Source: Paraspadella gotoi (Eukaryota; Animalia; Chaetognatha). Taken from it: DNA of 64,000 nucleotides. The DNA lies in the NCBI GenBank assembly GCA_051294375.1, contig CM119271.1:12639039-12703038 (forward strand). The letters run 5' to 3'. The notes under the pieces are model-generated. The model was not told the origin of the DNA and did no database searches. It saw only the letters and a program-made list of their open reading frames with translations. The position numbers were made by a program, and so were the translations under genes. Position 1 is the first letter of the stretch. Every line of letters begins with the position of its first letter. Positions 1 through 12,434 of this stretch are shown one piece after another.

Positions 1-375
1 TTAAGGGCAAAGAGCAAGAGCAAAGAACCAAAGATAACGAGCTGAGGTCGGAGATCATAGGGCAGAGATAAAAGGGCAGAGAACGAAACAAAATGCCAGA
101 AGCCAATGGAGAAATGCAAAGAGACGACAGATAGGTGCAGGGAGCCAGCGGCAGGATAGATGGTCAAGAGGCAGATTGGCCAAGGGCTGATAGGCAAGAG
201 CGGTTGTGCCCAAGAACAGATGGGCCAAGAATGCCAAGGGCATCACCCAGACCAGAGGTCGAATGACGGAGTCGCCATCTTTTGCATAAATTTGTTCTCA
301 ACCAAATTTGGTTTTTTTTTTTGTTTTTTTTTTTGTTCTTTTGTTTTTGATGACGTCATTGAGGAGATAAAGATT

Positions 376-459
<84 letters not shown>

Positions 460-1389
460 TCTTTTCGATTGGCTGGTCACATCGATTGAATGGCCTCATC
501 GTTTGAATTGTTGGCCTTTTGGTGATTGGCCTTTTGGTTGTTTGGCCCTTTGGTTGATTGGACTCTTAAAATGATCGAAAGGCTTCTTCTATTCAGTAAT
601 TCATTCGCGTCATTTCTTTGGCCTCTTTTTTACTTTCAGCTCTCTTGGCCTTTTCTTTGGCCTCTTCTTTGGCCTCTCACCCTCTCACTCTTCTCACGGA
701 TTTTTTTCTTAACCTCGAATTTTTTTCGCGCAAACATGAAGAAAAAAAGAAGTTTGAGAAAAAATGTCGGATCTGCTCGCGATCGTTTACCGGTAATTGA
801 TTGATTAAATAATTAAAATAACGACTTCTTTTATTAAACTTAGATTAAAAATGTCAATTATTAAAATTCGCCGACTGCAGATCTCATGGAACATTATTTA
901 TTAATTAATTTCTGTTTCATATCAAACTGTGATAATAACAAACATATGAAGTCGATTCGATCTGGTTTGAATCTGTGGACGAATTTCCGTTATTTTCGAC
1001 CGACGAGAATGTCGTCCGTCTTTACCGACACTTGGGCCGACGAGGGCAATCGCATCGGCGTCTCGACCGGTCATCTCCCCATCGTCTCGCTCTCTCTCCG
1101 CGGCGCTGAAAACGTCCGACGCCGCCGTCGACGCCCCGAGCAGCGATTCGAAGACCCCGCTGCGGCTGCATTTCGTCTGCCGCCGCGAGAGATGCTTCAA
1201 CGCGGCCGACGCAGCTGCGCAGCCTGGCGATCGAGGACGTGAAGATTGTCGAGGATCAAGACGGAGTGGAAAGTGAGAACGTCTCTGTCTCTCTCTGTCT
1301 CTCTATCTCTCTCTCTCTATTTTATTTGCACTTTGAGCATAATTAATTTATAATCAAAAATTCAAATCGATGTTTCCAATCTTTCCTCT

Positions 1390-1429
<40 letters not shown>

Positions 1430-1673
1430 CTCTCTCTCTCCTCTCTCCCTCTCTCTCTGCTCTCTCTTATTTTTCATATGCATTTTTTTCTCATTTTATA
1501 ATTAATTTAAAAATTTCATTCTCTCTCTCTCTCTTTCTCTCTATCTCTCTCTCTTCTCTCTCCCTCCCTTTCTCTCTTTTAATTTATATCCAATATTTCA
1601 ATTTTTTCCCTATTCTCTCTTTCCATATTTGTCTCTCACTCTCGTTCTCATTGTTTTTTTCTCCCACTCTCCG

Positions 1674-1932
1674 TCCCTTCCCCTCGTTGGGTCGTGGACA
1701 AGTCGCTAAGTGGGATAAAGACCAATATCCGCAACTTCTTTAACCCCTCTAGCAGCCATGGAACGGGTCCTGGCTTGGAACCAGGCTTGAGAGTTTTCCA
1801 TCCCACCCCCAAGGCGGTTTACGGCCGTCCTCACGCTTCCGCAGGGTAGGTTCCATCGGGGATCGATCCCGGTACCTAACGGTCAAAGCTGATGGTATTA
1901 CTCAATGAGCAATTATGCAATGCCGGACTACA
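1674..1932 (-). mobile_element. Family C Pol III-box + twister repeat unit (internally deleted copy)
   Basis: Colinear with 56660-56942: TGTAGTC start, B-box-like GGATCGATCCC, twister core, shared 3' tail GGGGTTAAAGAAGTTGCGG...CCCACTTAG. Confidence 0.8.
1756..1844 (-). ncRNA. Twister ribozyme, type P5 (family C)
   Basis: Minus strand gcgt-GA-GGA-cggccg-TAA-acc-GC-P3-cctgg-TTCC-AA-GC-cagg. One C is missing in P4 relative to the duplicate copy at 8796-8887, a likely sequencing error. Confidence 0.6.
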
Positions 1933-2690
1933 AGATGGATCAGAGAAAAGTCGAGTTTGAAGAAGGTGGGCGAAGAAGGTCGGTGAATACAATATCAGAA
2001 ATCTGATTGGATGAATCGTCGTCCGAATCGAACAATGAGAAGACGGGGCTTCTTCTACTTACTTAAATGTGGTGGCATTAATTTACGCTTAAAGTTGGGG
2101 CATCGTTCATGGACAAAGATGGACAAAAGAAAAAACAAAAGATATGGAACTAAAAATAAAATGAAAATATCTGCTTTGTGGCGAAGGAAAATCAATTTTC
2201 GTTGGATCTAATCGAAAGAGAAAAGAGTTTAATCAATCGCCGGTTTTACAGTCCTGTTCCAAAAAAAAGAGGACTTTCTTCAAACTTAAGTTGCGCTCGT
2301 TTTACGTACATATTATAAAAAAATTTTGAATGATAAATGTAGATTTTTTAAATGTAAATCATATATGTAAGTTTTTAAAATGGGTCCAAGCATTCAAGAG
2401 CTAAAACATTAATCATTTTAGTCACGACAAAAAAATCATTTAAAGATCTGCCTAAAACGAAAATACTTTTTATGCTTAAATTTATGGGCATATTATTTAT
2501 GTTTTCTAAAAAATTATGAATGGAAATAAAGGCTTTTGAAAAAGGAATCCATATGTGTAACTTAAAAGAAAATCGGTCCAGTTATTCCAGAGTTACAGCA
2601 CCTTAAACACAAAAGGTTAAATTTTTTTTTTCTCTTATATTCTGTTTGAGTACTAGTAGTTATAACCTCGTAGTTACTTTAAAGATTACT

Positions 2691-3137
2691 GTTGCAACGG
2701 GATAGCCATGTTAACCGGCGGGATTTCACCAACTGGCTAGGGGCTACCTCTGGCCTCTGTCTGCTTTATGCACCACATTAATAAGATAAGTTGAGGACCA
2801 GATGAAGATGATTTCCGCTCAGCATTAGATGAGTAGACGGAAGGTAGGCATAAGTTGCGACGATCCCCCCAACTTTCAAGGGCCTCATGGTTCTAGAAGG
2901 TGACATTGCTTGGCGCACGACTTTTAAGAGTAACATATATACTGCGTGCTGGCACGTACGTTCTTGTGAGCGCTCACTTTGGAACGGGGTAGCCGATACG
3001 CGGGTATCACCAAGCAGCTGCGCCTCAGACTCTCATGGCTTTACGGCATGTCAATTAACTAGAGATCGGGATTACCACGCAGGATGAATGAGTGTTGCCA
3101 GCCTTGAGCGAGACCGCAAGCAGCTAAGTCTGCTCAC
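2691..3137 (-). mobile_element. Garbled consensus of the family A mini-LTR element (same site as 9838-10462)
   Basis: Deletion-riddled matches to the LTR (ttgcaacgggatagcc, tcaccaactggctaggggct, aagtctgctcaca) at the same position in the duplicated block. Confidence 0.6.
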
Positions 3138-4980
3138 AATTCATAACATGCCACTATACAAATTACAATATTTTTATGATATTATATAGTAGCATTACTG
3201 TCTTATATGTTTTTATTTACATTTCTGAGAACATTTGATACTTTCAAATTGCACCTTCAATAACTACAAATGGCATTACGAATTAACTGCGTTCATTAAA
3301 TTTTCTTTTGGTTCCACTTAAATTTTAGCTTCGGCCGATGACTTAATTGGTAATAAAAAAATGATTTCTTTGATATCTTTTGAACCAAAAATGATATGAA
3401 CGATGAGACTGGTATCATATTAAAGCCATAATTATGGGCATCTTTTCCATATAATTTTCTAAATGTTTCAAAGGATTTTTTTAAAAACTGATCGGAATCT
3501 TAGTCAAAAGTTGACAACTTTTGAAATTAAATTAATACACTTGGCCATAATTAAAAAAAAAAAATAAATGTAGATTCTGAAAGAGAAAAGATTGAATTAT
3601 GTTTCTGATATTAACAAAAATTTTCTATACTTCAAATGTTTAATATAATTACTAAGGATAATGAATTATCATTTTGGTGAAAACACAAAAATTAAAAAAT
3701 TCATGTAGGAACCTTAAAAAACATATGATTTAAATATGAAAATTTAGGAGTTCAAACTTTGTTCCGGCTGATTTAAAACGACTGACATAGGGCTAAAAGA
3801 CTGTATTTCAAAATTTTTAAATTTTTTGTCATCTCAGGTGCAAATTAAAACCTTGCATAATGCCCATTAGCTATATTAATCATAACAATTTTTTATTAAA
3901 AAAAGCACTACATTTTTTTAATAACACGCTAATGCATGTAGCTGTATGTAAAATTGTTGTTTTTATTTTTTATTATAATCAAGGCTTTATCAATAAAGGG
4001 GTAAATTGCAAAGAAAATGTGTTATTTCAAGGCTCCATATTGATACTATAAAAGATCAATGAATTTTCTTTGTTCCCAGTACGAAATATACCTAAGACAT
4101 TGTAGTTCATTACTAATCTTTATTTTTAATTTTAAAGGCATGTTTGGCAAAAACAGTAAGAAACAAAAATGACAACAAAATTTTGAGAAAAAAATGGATT
4201 AACTGCTATTATTTCTACTATGATGTCAATTTATTTTTTCATTATGCGCTTTAAAGTCTAGGCTAAACCCAACAGAATCGAATCAGTGGCATGACCGCTT
4301 TGTATATTTATTTGCTTATACAGTAAAAATACCACAAAATAAAAAAAATTTAACACGAATTCAGACTAAGCGTCGTGTTTATTTTCAGTATTTTTTAATC
4401 AAGACCTTTATGGATTTTCTTTGTTCCGGCGGCGTTGGATAGCCCAAACACTGCAGTTCAGAAATCATCTATGGATTTTGTAATATTTACTGGCTTACTG
4501 GATGCAAAAATGCTAGGAACCAAAATTATCAGAAACCGCTTCGTTCTTTCGATTTTTTTTTTAAGCGCGGAGCNNNNNNNNNNNNNNNNNNNNNNNNNGA
4601 AAACAATCATTTGGAGGGTTGGAGGGTTTTTTTAACCGCGTCGTAACGTTTACGACGACGACGACGACGACGATAAAGTTAGTTTTGAATATAATGTTAA
4701 AAATGAGCTTTGAACTATTGATAGACGTATGCAGAAAACAAATATTTTGTCTTTTCCTTTTTTAACCATTTTTTTTTATAGCAGCTGCATTTCGTTTCAG
4801 TTAAAACTGGAAATAAAAATGCGAATTTGAAATGAAATAAGAATTAAATAAAATTAAAACGAAATGAAATAAAATATCCGCTTTTGCGATGGTCACTTTT
4901 GTCGGTAAAAGCGACGACGCGAAAGAATTAGCAGTTTGGAAATCGTAATTTATTGAGAGAGAGAAGTGAGAGAAGAGAAG

Positions 4981-5051
<71 letters not shown>

Positions 5052-5559
5052 AAACGCTTCTAACCACCAACAGCATCGCGTTTCTACTTTTTCATTTTTC
5101 TTCTCTTCCAATTTATCCCCTTTCCTCTCTCTCCTCGCCCTTCCCCTCCTACTCCTCCTTCTCCTCCTCTTTCTCCCCTCCTCCTCCTCCTCCTCCTCCT
5201 CCTCCTCCACCTCCCACTCCCCCCCCTTAAAATTATCGAATACGAAATTAATCGAACATCGAATATTTTTTCTTCAGTTTAGAAAATCGTCTCTTCTTTA
5301 ATCTACGTTCAAAATCTTTTGGCCAATCATCTGAACATCATCTGCATCGAATCGCAAATCATCTGTAATCCTTCGTCGGGTGTTGGAACTTATCGAAGGG
5401 CTCATCTCCTAATCCGTTTCCGTAAGCGTACAGACAAATTTCCGGGGAAATGCTCTTCGATGCACGAATCTCTCTCGCTCTCTCTCTTTCTCTCTGGCTG
5501 TAAGACTCAGAGTCAGGATCGGGATCGACAAAAACGACGATAATTTGAACGATGGATTG

Positions 5560-5651
5560 TTTAGGGTTTCGGTTAGGGATAAGGTTAGTTTAGGGGATAG
5601 AGATTAGGGATTAGGGTTTAGGGTTAGGGATTAAGGTTAGGGATTAGGGTT
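5560..5651 (+). repeat. Degenerate interstitial TTAGGG telomere-like array
   Basis: About 12 TTAGGG/TTAGGGA/TAAGG variants. Bracketed by ~45-bp imperfect direct repeats at ~5511-5556 and ~5706-5754. Confidence 0.7.
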
Positions 5652-7309
5652 GTCTTTCCCTACACTACTTTTACAACAACAAAATTATGGCTTGCTGGGT
5701 GCATCGGTCAGGATCGAGATAGACAGAAACAACGAAGATAATTTGAACGATGGAGGAAGCAGTTGCGACGGCGAGAGTGACGACAAAAGTAGTGACGCAT
5801 GAAGCGACGATAGAAGTTTTGTACGCGCGTTTTAATCCTCTGCTTCAGGAGCCGCATCAAGGGGGCATCCAAGGAAAAAAGTGCCCATTTCCAACCTTCT
5901 CTCCTTCTCTCTTTAGATCAAAATTCATTCAACCTTACCTTAACTTACTTTTTTTTCGTCCCTCAACCCGAGTCTTTCCTTTTTTTTTTTTTGCTTAAAT
6001 CGTTTTTTCCATTTTCTTTTTGTTAACCTTACCTCATTTCCTTACCTTTCCTTTCATACCTTCCCTTTTAATATTTCTTTTTTTTCTTTACTTCTCATAT
6101 TTCTCCCTTTTTTTTATTTTCCTCTTTTTATTCCTCCCCCCGTTTCTCTTTATAATTCCTATCTTCCTAATCTTCTCCTTTCTATTTTATTTTCTCTTTC
6201 CTTCCCGATTCCCTTTCCTACCTTTTCTCTTTCCTCTTTTACTTCCTCCTTTCCTCCTATTTTTTCTTCTCATTTCTCTTTCCTCTCCGATTCCACTTTC
6301 CTCTCTCTCTTTCCTTCCTCCTTTCCTTCCTTTCCTCTCTCTCTTTCCTTTCCTCCTCTTCCTCCTTTAATTCCATCCGCGTTTCGGCCCAAAACCGATT
6401 TTCTCGCCGTCGACGGATTCGGCCACGCCCCCTTTACACCCCCCCCCCCCCAGTCCCCACCTGCCTCCCCCTCATTCCACCTCCCTCCTCCTCTGGCCCA
6501 ACAAAAAAATGTCCCTTAATGTATCTCTCCCCCCCCCGCCCCCCGGGTCGAAGTTCTACTCTGGGGGGAGAGAAAGAGGGAGGGGAGTTTCGTTGAGGGG
6601 AGGAAGATGGCGGATTGGGATGATGGCAAAGGAAAGGGTTAATGGCCGATTAGGAGATGGCGGCTAAGGTTGGGGGAAGATGGCAGAATGAGGAAATGGC
6701 AGAAATAAGAAGCACGGGGGAAATAGGATGATGGCGGAGGAAGATGGCAGAAAAAAAGTGAAAGTGGAAAAGAATTAAATCTAGAGTAAAACAAGGGAAG
6801 ATAGCAAAGAAAAGAATATGTTAAAGGGCAAAGGAAATCGGAAATTAGTGTGTGATATATACAAAACAAAATGGCGATAAATATATCAGGACAAAAAATA
6901 GCGTGAGGACATAGAATATGTTAAGGGCAAAGAGCCAAGAGCAAAGAACCAAAGATAACGAGCTGAGGTCGGAGATCATAGGGCAGAGATAAAAGGGCAG
7001 AGAACGAAACAAAATGCCAGAAGCCAATGGCAGAATGCAAAGAGACGACAGATAGGTGCAGGGAGCCAGCGGCAGGATAGATGGTCAAAGGGCAGATTGG
7101 CCAAGGGCTGATAGGCCAAGAGCGGTTGTGCCCAAGAACAGATGGGCCAAGAATGGCCAAGGGCATCACCCAGACCAGAGGTCGAATGACGGAGTCGCCA
7201 TCTTTTGCATAAATTTGTTCTCAACCAAATTTGGTTTTCTTTTTTCTTTTTATTTTTTTTTGTTCTTTTGTTTTTTGATGACGTCATTGAGGAGATAAAG
7301 ATTGGAGAG

Positions 7310-7352
<43 letters not shown>

Positions 7353-8405
7353 AGGAGAGAGAGAGAGAGAGAGAGAAAGAAAGAGGAGAGAGAGGAGAGG
7401 AAGAGAGAGAGAGAGAGAGAGAGAGAGAAGAAGAGAGAGAGAGGAGAGAAGAGAGAGGAGAGAGAGAGAGAGAGAGAGAAGACAGTCTTTTCGATTGGCT
7501 GGTCACATCGATTGAATGGCCTCATCGTTTGATTGTTGGCCTTTTGGTTGATTGGCCTTTTGGTTGTTTGGCCCTTTGGTTGATTGGACTCTTAAAATGA
7601 TCGAAAGGCTTCTTCTATTCAGTAATTCATTCGCGTCATTTCTTTGGCCTCTTTTTACTTTCAGCTCTCTTGGCCTTTTCTTTGGCCTCTTCTTTGGCCT
7701 CTCACCCTCTCACTCTTCTCACGGATTTTTTCTTAACTCGAATTTTTTTCGCGCAAACATGAAGAAAAAAAAGAAGTTTGAGCAAAAAATGTCGGATCTG
7801 CTCGCGATCGTTTACCGGTAATTGATTGATTAAATAATTAAAATAACGACTTCTTTTATTAAACTTAGATTAAAAATGTCAATTATTAAAATTCGCCGAC
7901 TGCAGATCTCATGGAACATTATTTATTAATTAATTTCTGTTTCATATCAAACTGTGATAATAACAAACATATGAAGTCGATTCGATCTGTTTTGAATCTG
8001 TGGACGAATTTCCGTTATTTTCGACCGACGAGAATGTCGTCCGTCTTTACCGACACTTTGGCCGACGAGGGCAATCGCATCGGCGTCTCGACCGGTCATC
8101 TCCCCATCGTCTCGCTCTCTCTCCGCGGCGCTGAAAACGTCCGACGCCGCCGTCGACGCCCCCGAGCAGCGATTCGAAGACCCGCTGCGGCTGCATTTCG
8201 TCTGCCGCCGCGAGAGATGCTTCAACGCGGCGACGCAGCTGCGCAGCCTGGCGATCGAGGACGTGAAGATTGTCGAGGATCAAGACGGAGTGGAAAGTGA
8301 GAACGTCTCTGTCTCTCTCTGTCTCTCTATCTCTCTCTCTCTATTTTATTTGCACTTTGAGCATAATTAATTTATAATCAAAAATTCAAATCGATGTTTC
8401 CAATC

Positions 8406-8496
<91 letters not shown>

Positions 8497-8714
8497 GCTC
8501 TCTCTTATTTTTCATATGCATTTTTTCCTCATTTTATAATTAATTTAAAAATTTCATTCTCTCTCTCTCTCTTTCTCTCTATCTCTCTCTCTCTCTCTCT
8601 CCCTCCCTTTCTCTCTTTTAATTTATATCCCAATATTTCAATTTTTTCCCTATTCTCTCTTTCCATATTTGTCTCTCACTCTCGTTCTCATTGTTTTTTT
8701 CTCCCACTCTCCGT

Positions 8715-8976
8715 CCCTTCCCCTCGTTGGGTCGTGGACAAGTCGCTAAGTGGGATAAAGACCAATATCCGCAACTTCTTTAACCCCTCTAGCAGCCATG
8801 GAACGGGTCCTGGGCTTGGAACCAGGCTTGAGAGTTTTCCATCCCACCCCCCAAGGCGGTTTACGGCCGTCCTCACGCTTCCCGCAGGGTAGGTTCCATC
8901 GGGGATCGATCCCGGTACCTAACGGTCAAGAGCTGATGGTATTACTCAATGAGCAATTATGCAATGCCCGACTACA
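8715..8976 (-). mobile_element. Family C Pol III-box + twister repeat unit
   Basis: Duplicate of 1674-1932; homologous to 56660-56942. Confidence 0.8.
8796..8887 (-). ncRNA. Twister ribozyme, type P5 (family C)
   Basis: Minus strand ctgcggga-a-gcgt-GA-GGA-cggccg-T^AA-acc-GC-cttggggg..ctctcaag-cctgg-TTCC-AA-GC-ccagg-acccg-ttccatgg. T1 pseudoknot UCC/GGA; predicted cut 8863^8862. Confidence 0.72.
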
Positions 8977-9837
8977 AGATGGATCAAGAGAAAAGTCGAG
9001 TTTGAAGAAGGTGGGCGAAGAAGGTCGGTGAATACAATATCAGAAATCTGATTGGATGAATCGTCGTCCGAATCGAACCAATGAGAAGACGGGGCTTCTT
9101 CTACTTACTTAAATGTGGTGGCATTAATTTACGCTTAAAGTTGGGGCATCGTTCATGGACAAAGATGGACAAAAGAAAAAACAAAAGATATGGAACTAAA
9201 AATAAAATGAAAATATCTGCTTTGTGGCGAAGGAAAATCAATTTTCGTTGGATCTAATCGAAAGAGAAAAGAGTTTAATCAATCGCCGGTTTTACAGTCC
9301 TGTTCCAAAAAAAGAGGACTTTCTTCAAACTTAAGTTGCGCTCGTTTTACGTACATATTATAAAAAATTTTGAATGATAAATGTAGATTTTTAAATGGTA
9401 AATGCATATATGTAAGTTTTAAAAATGGGTCCAAGCATTCAAGAGCTAAAACATTAATCATTTTAGTCACGACAAAAAATCATTTTAAAGATCTGCCTAA
9501 AACCGAAAATACTTTTTAGTCTTAATTTATGGGCATATTATTTATGTTTTCTAAAAAATTATGAATGGGAAATAAAGGCTTTTGAAAAAGGAATCCATAT
9601 GTGTAACTTAAAAGAAAATCGGTCCAGTTATTCCAGAGTTACAGCACCTTAAACACAAAAGGTTAAAATTTTTTTTTTTCTCTTATATTCTGTTTGAGTA
9701 CCTAGTAGTTATAACCTCGTAGTTACTTTTAAAAGATTACTGCTTCATAACGGATAGCCACATATTAACCAAATTTACACCAATATTTTTTTTTTATGAA
9801 TATTATTTACCTATATAGATAGGCAAGTTACCTGGTC

Positions 9838-10462
9838 GTTTATACCGGCACCGTCACATTTAAGCTAGAACCGGGATACCCAGGGATTGAACCCGGGACG
9901 CACGGATGGAATGAGATGATTTAGCCTGCTCAGCCATTGAGATGAGGCTGAGGAACGGACAGCAGTGAGGCAGCTTTAAGTCTTGCTGCCACAGGATCCC
10001 CCACCAGACTTCTCCACAGGGCCTCACAATCCTGAGGAGATGTCTGAGAGAAGGTTTTTGATCTCATTGCCATAGTGAGAGCGAGCGGGGAGCAGCGAGT
10101 CTGGAGCGTTTACCAGAGAAGTAGGGCATAGGCGTGATATGCATACCCTAAGCGACGTAAGCTGGGCGCACGTGCGCAGCGGTTGCGTGTTCGAGAGTCG
10201 GGCTCACCACTATGCAACGGGGGATAGCCTGTGATACCCGGGGCCGCGGGTATCTCACCAACTGGCGTAGGGGCTGCGGACCCTCAGTGACCGCCTCTGT
10301 CACTGGCATTTTATACCGCACCGGTACATTTAAGCTAGAACCGGGATACCCAGGATTGAACCCGGGAACGCACTATGGAATGAGATGATTTAGCCTGCTC
10401 AGCCATTGAGATGAGGCTGAGGACGGACAAGCAGTGAAGCAGCTTTAAGTCTTGCTGCCACA
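9838..10462 (-). mobile_element. Family A miniature non-autonomous LTR retroelement (TRIM/retrozyme-like): 5' LTR 10462-10211, internal region 10210-9994, 3' LTR from 9993 (cut short in the assembly)
   Basis: Direct repeats starting TGTGGCAGC with a 469-bp period. PBS-like TGGTGAGCCCGAC (10209-10197) and GGTGGGGGATCC before the 3' LTR. LTR matches the solo LTR at 29496-29750. Confidence 0.85.
10262..10338 (-). ncRNA. Twister ribozyme in family A LTR (noisy consensus)
   Basis: Homologous to 29620-29697. P3/P4/L4 intact; several apparent indels in the 5' half. Confidence 0.5.
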
Positions 10463-12304
10463 ACTGCTTCATAACGGATAGCCACATATTAACCAAATTT
10501 ACACCAATATTTTTTTTTTATGAATATTATTTACCTATATAGATAGGCAAGTTACCTGGTCGTTTATAATGTTTTTTTAAATATTTTTACATTTACTGAT
10601 AGGAAATGATGTCAATATTGTTGATATAACATTTCAAATCAATCGACCCACGCGTTCAAAAATAATCTACAAAAAATGGTCATTTTCCACGCCCAATTTT
10701 TAAAACAAATCTGCGTTCATTAAATTTTCTTTTTGGTTCCACTTAAATTTTTAGCTTCGGCCGAGTGACTTAATTGGTAATAAAAAAATTGATTTTCTTT
10801 GATATCTTTTGAACCAAAAATGATAGAACGATGAGACTGGTATCATATTAAAGCCATAATTATGGGCATCTTTTCCATATAATTTTCTAAAATGTTTCAA
10901 AGGATTTTTTTAAAAACTGGATCGGAATCTTAGTCAAAAGTATGAACAACTTTTGAAATTAAATTAAATACACTTGGCCATAATTAAAAAAAAAATAAAT
11001 GTAGATTCTGAAAGAGAAAAGATTGAATTATGTTTCTGATATTAACAAAAATTTTCTATATACTTCAAATGTTTATATAATTACTAAGGATAATGAATTA
11101 TCATTTTGGTGAAAACACAAAAATTTAAAAAATTCATGTAGGAACCTTAAAAAACATATGATTTAAATATGAAAATTTAGGAGTTCAAACTTTGTTCCGG
11201 CTGATTTAAAAACGACTGACATAGGGCTAAAAGACTGTATTATCAAATTTTTAAATTTTGTCATCTTCAGGTGCAAATTAAAACCTTTGCATAATGCCCA
11301 TTAGCTATATTAATATAACAATTTTTTATTAAAAAAAGCACTACAATTTTTTAATAACACGCTAATGCATGTAGCTGTATGGTAAAATTGTGTTTTTATT
11401 TTTATATTATAATACAAGGCTTTTATCAATAAAGGGGTAAATTGCAAAGAAAATGTGTTATTTCAAGGCTCCATATTGATACTATAAAATCAATGAATTT
11501 TCTTTGTTCCGGCAACGAAATATACCTAAGACATTGTAGTTTCATTAGCTAATTCTTATTTTTATAATTTTAAAGGGCATGTTTGGCAAAAAACAGTAAG
11601 AAACAAAAATGACAACAAATTTTGAGAAAAAAATTGGATTAACTGCTATTATTTCTTACTATGATGTCAATTTATTTTTTTCATTATGCGCTTTAAAGTT
11701 AGGCTAAACCCAACAGAATCGGAATCAGTGCATGACCGCTGTATATTTATTTGACTTATACAGTAAATACCACAAATAAAAAAAATTTTAAACGAATTCA
11801 GACTAAGCGTCGTGTTTATTTTCAGTATTTTTTAATCAAGACCTTTATGGATTTTCTTTGTTCCGGCGGCGTTGGATAGCCCAAACACTGCAGTTTCAGA
11901 AATCATCTATGGTTTTGTAATATTTACTGCGCTACTGGTGCAAAAATTGCTAGGAACCAAAATTATCAGAAACCGCTTCGTTTTTTCGGATTTTTTTTTA
12001 AGCGCGGAGCGACATATCTAACCTATAATATCTTTCATTTTAAAGGAATCGAACTATTTGAACATAATGTTTTTGGGTGTCTTCTTTTTTTTGCACAGGA
12101 CTGTACTTCCGGTAAAAATCGCCCTACTTTTTCTGCCAGACGAAAATTAAATTTGACAATGAAAAAAAAGTCGAATAAAAATTGATTAGCGTTTTCGAAC
12201 GGTGACGTGTCAAAAATCGACTTTGCCTGGTTATTCTTTGTCTCTCTACTGCTTGCTTATTCTTACCTTTTTTTTGCTCGTGATAATAAATATAAAGCTG
12301 GCTT

Positions 12305-12366
12305 TGTAGCAGCACGACTTAAAGCTACCTCGCAGCCTCACTGCTCAATAGTGGGTATTCCGGTAC
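12305..12366 (+). mobile_element. Degenerate 5' fragment of a family A LTR
   Basis: tgtagcagcacgacttaaagctacctc...gcctcactgct...gggtattccggt resembles the LTR start tgtggcagcaagacttaaagctgcctcactgct...gggtatcccggt. Confidence 0.6.
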
Positions 12367-12434
12367 TTTTTTAAAAGGCGCATTTGCTCTTTTTTTTTAA
12401 TTAGAATTACTTAACGTAACGTACTTAAGTAACA

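Larger units (their letters stand above)
1..4573. repeat. Segmental duplication, copy 1 (copy 2 = 6921-12010); probable uncollapsed haplotype
   Basis: Window start ttaagggcaaagagc recurs at 6921. The copies stay colinear to ...agcgcggagc (4573, at an N gap, and 12010). Differences are mostly homopolymer indels. Confidence 0.9.
6921..12010. repeat. Segmental duplication, copy 2
   Basis: Colinear with 1-4573. Confidence 0.9.

Noticed and set aside
9739-9845. Family A 3' LTR appears to end exactly at the twister cleavage site, with a ~105-bp flank duplication (9739-9844 = 10463-10567) resembling a long TSD
   Set aside because: The missing LTR part (~106 bp) equals the duplicated flank length, and the other copy of the block (2691 onward) shows the LTR end present. 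This is best explained as polishing with empty-allele reads; raw reads are needed.
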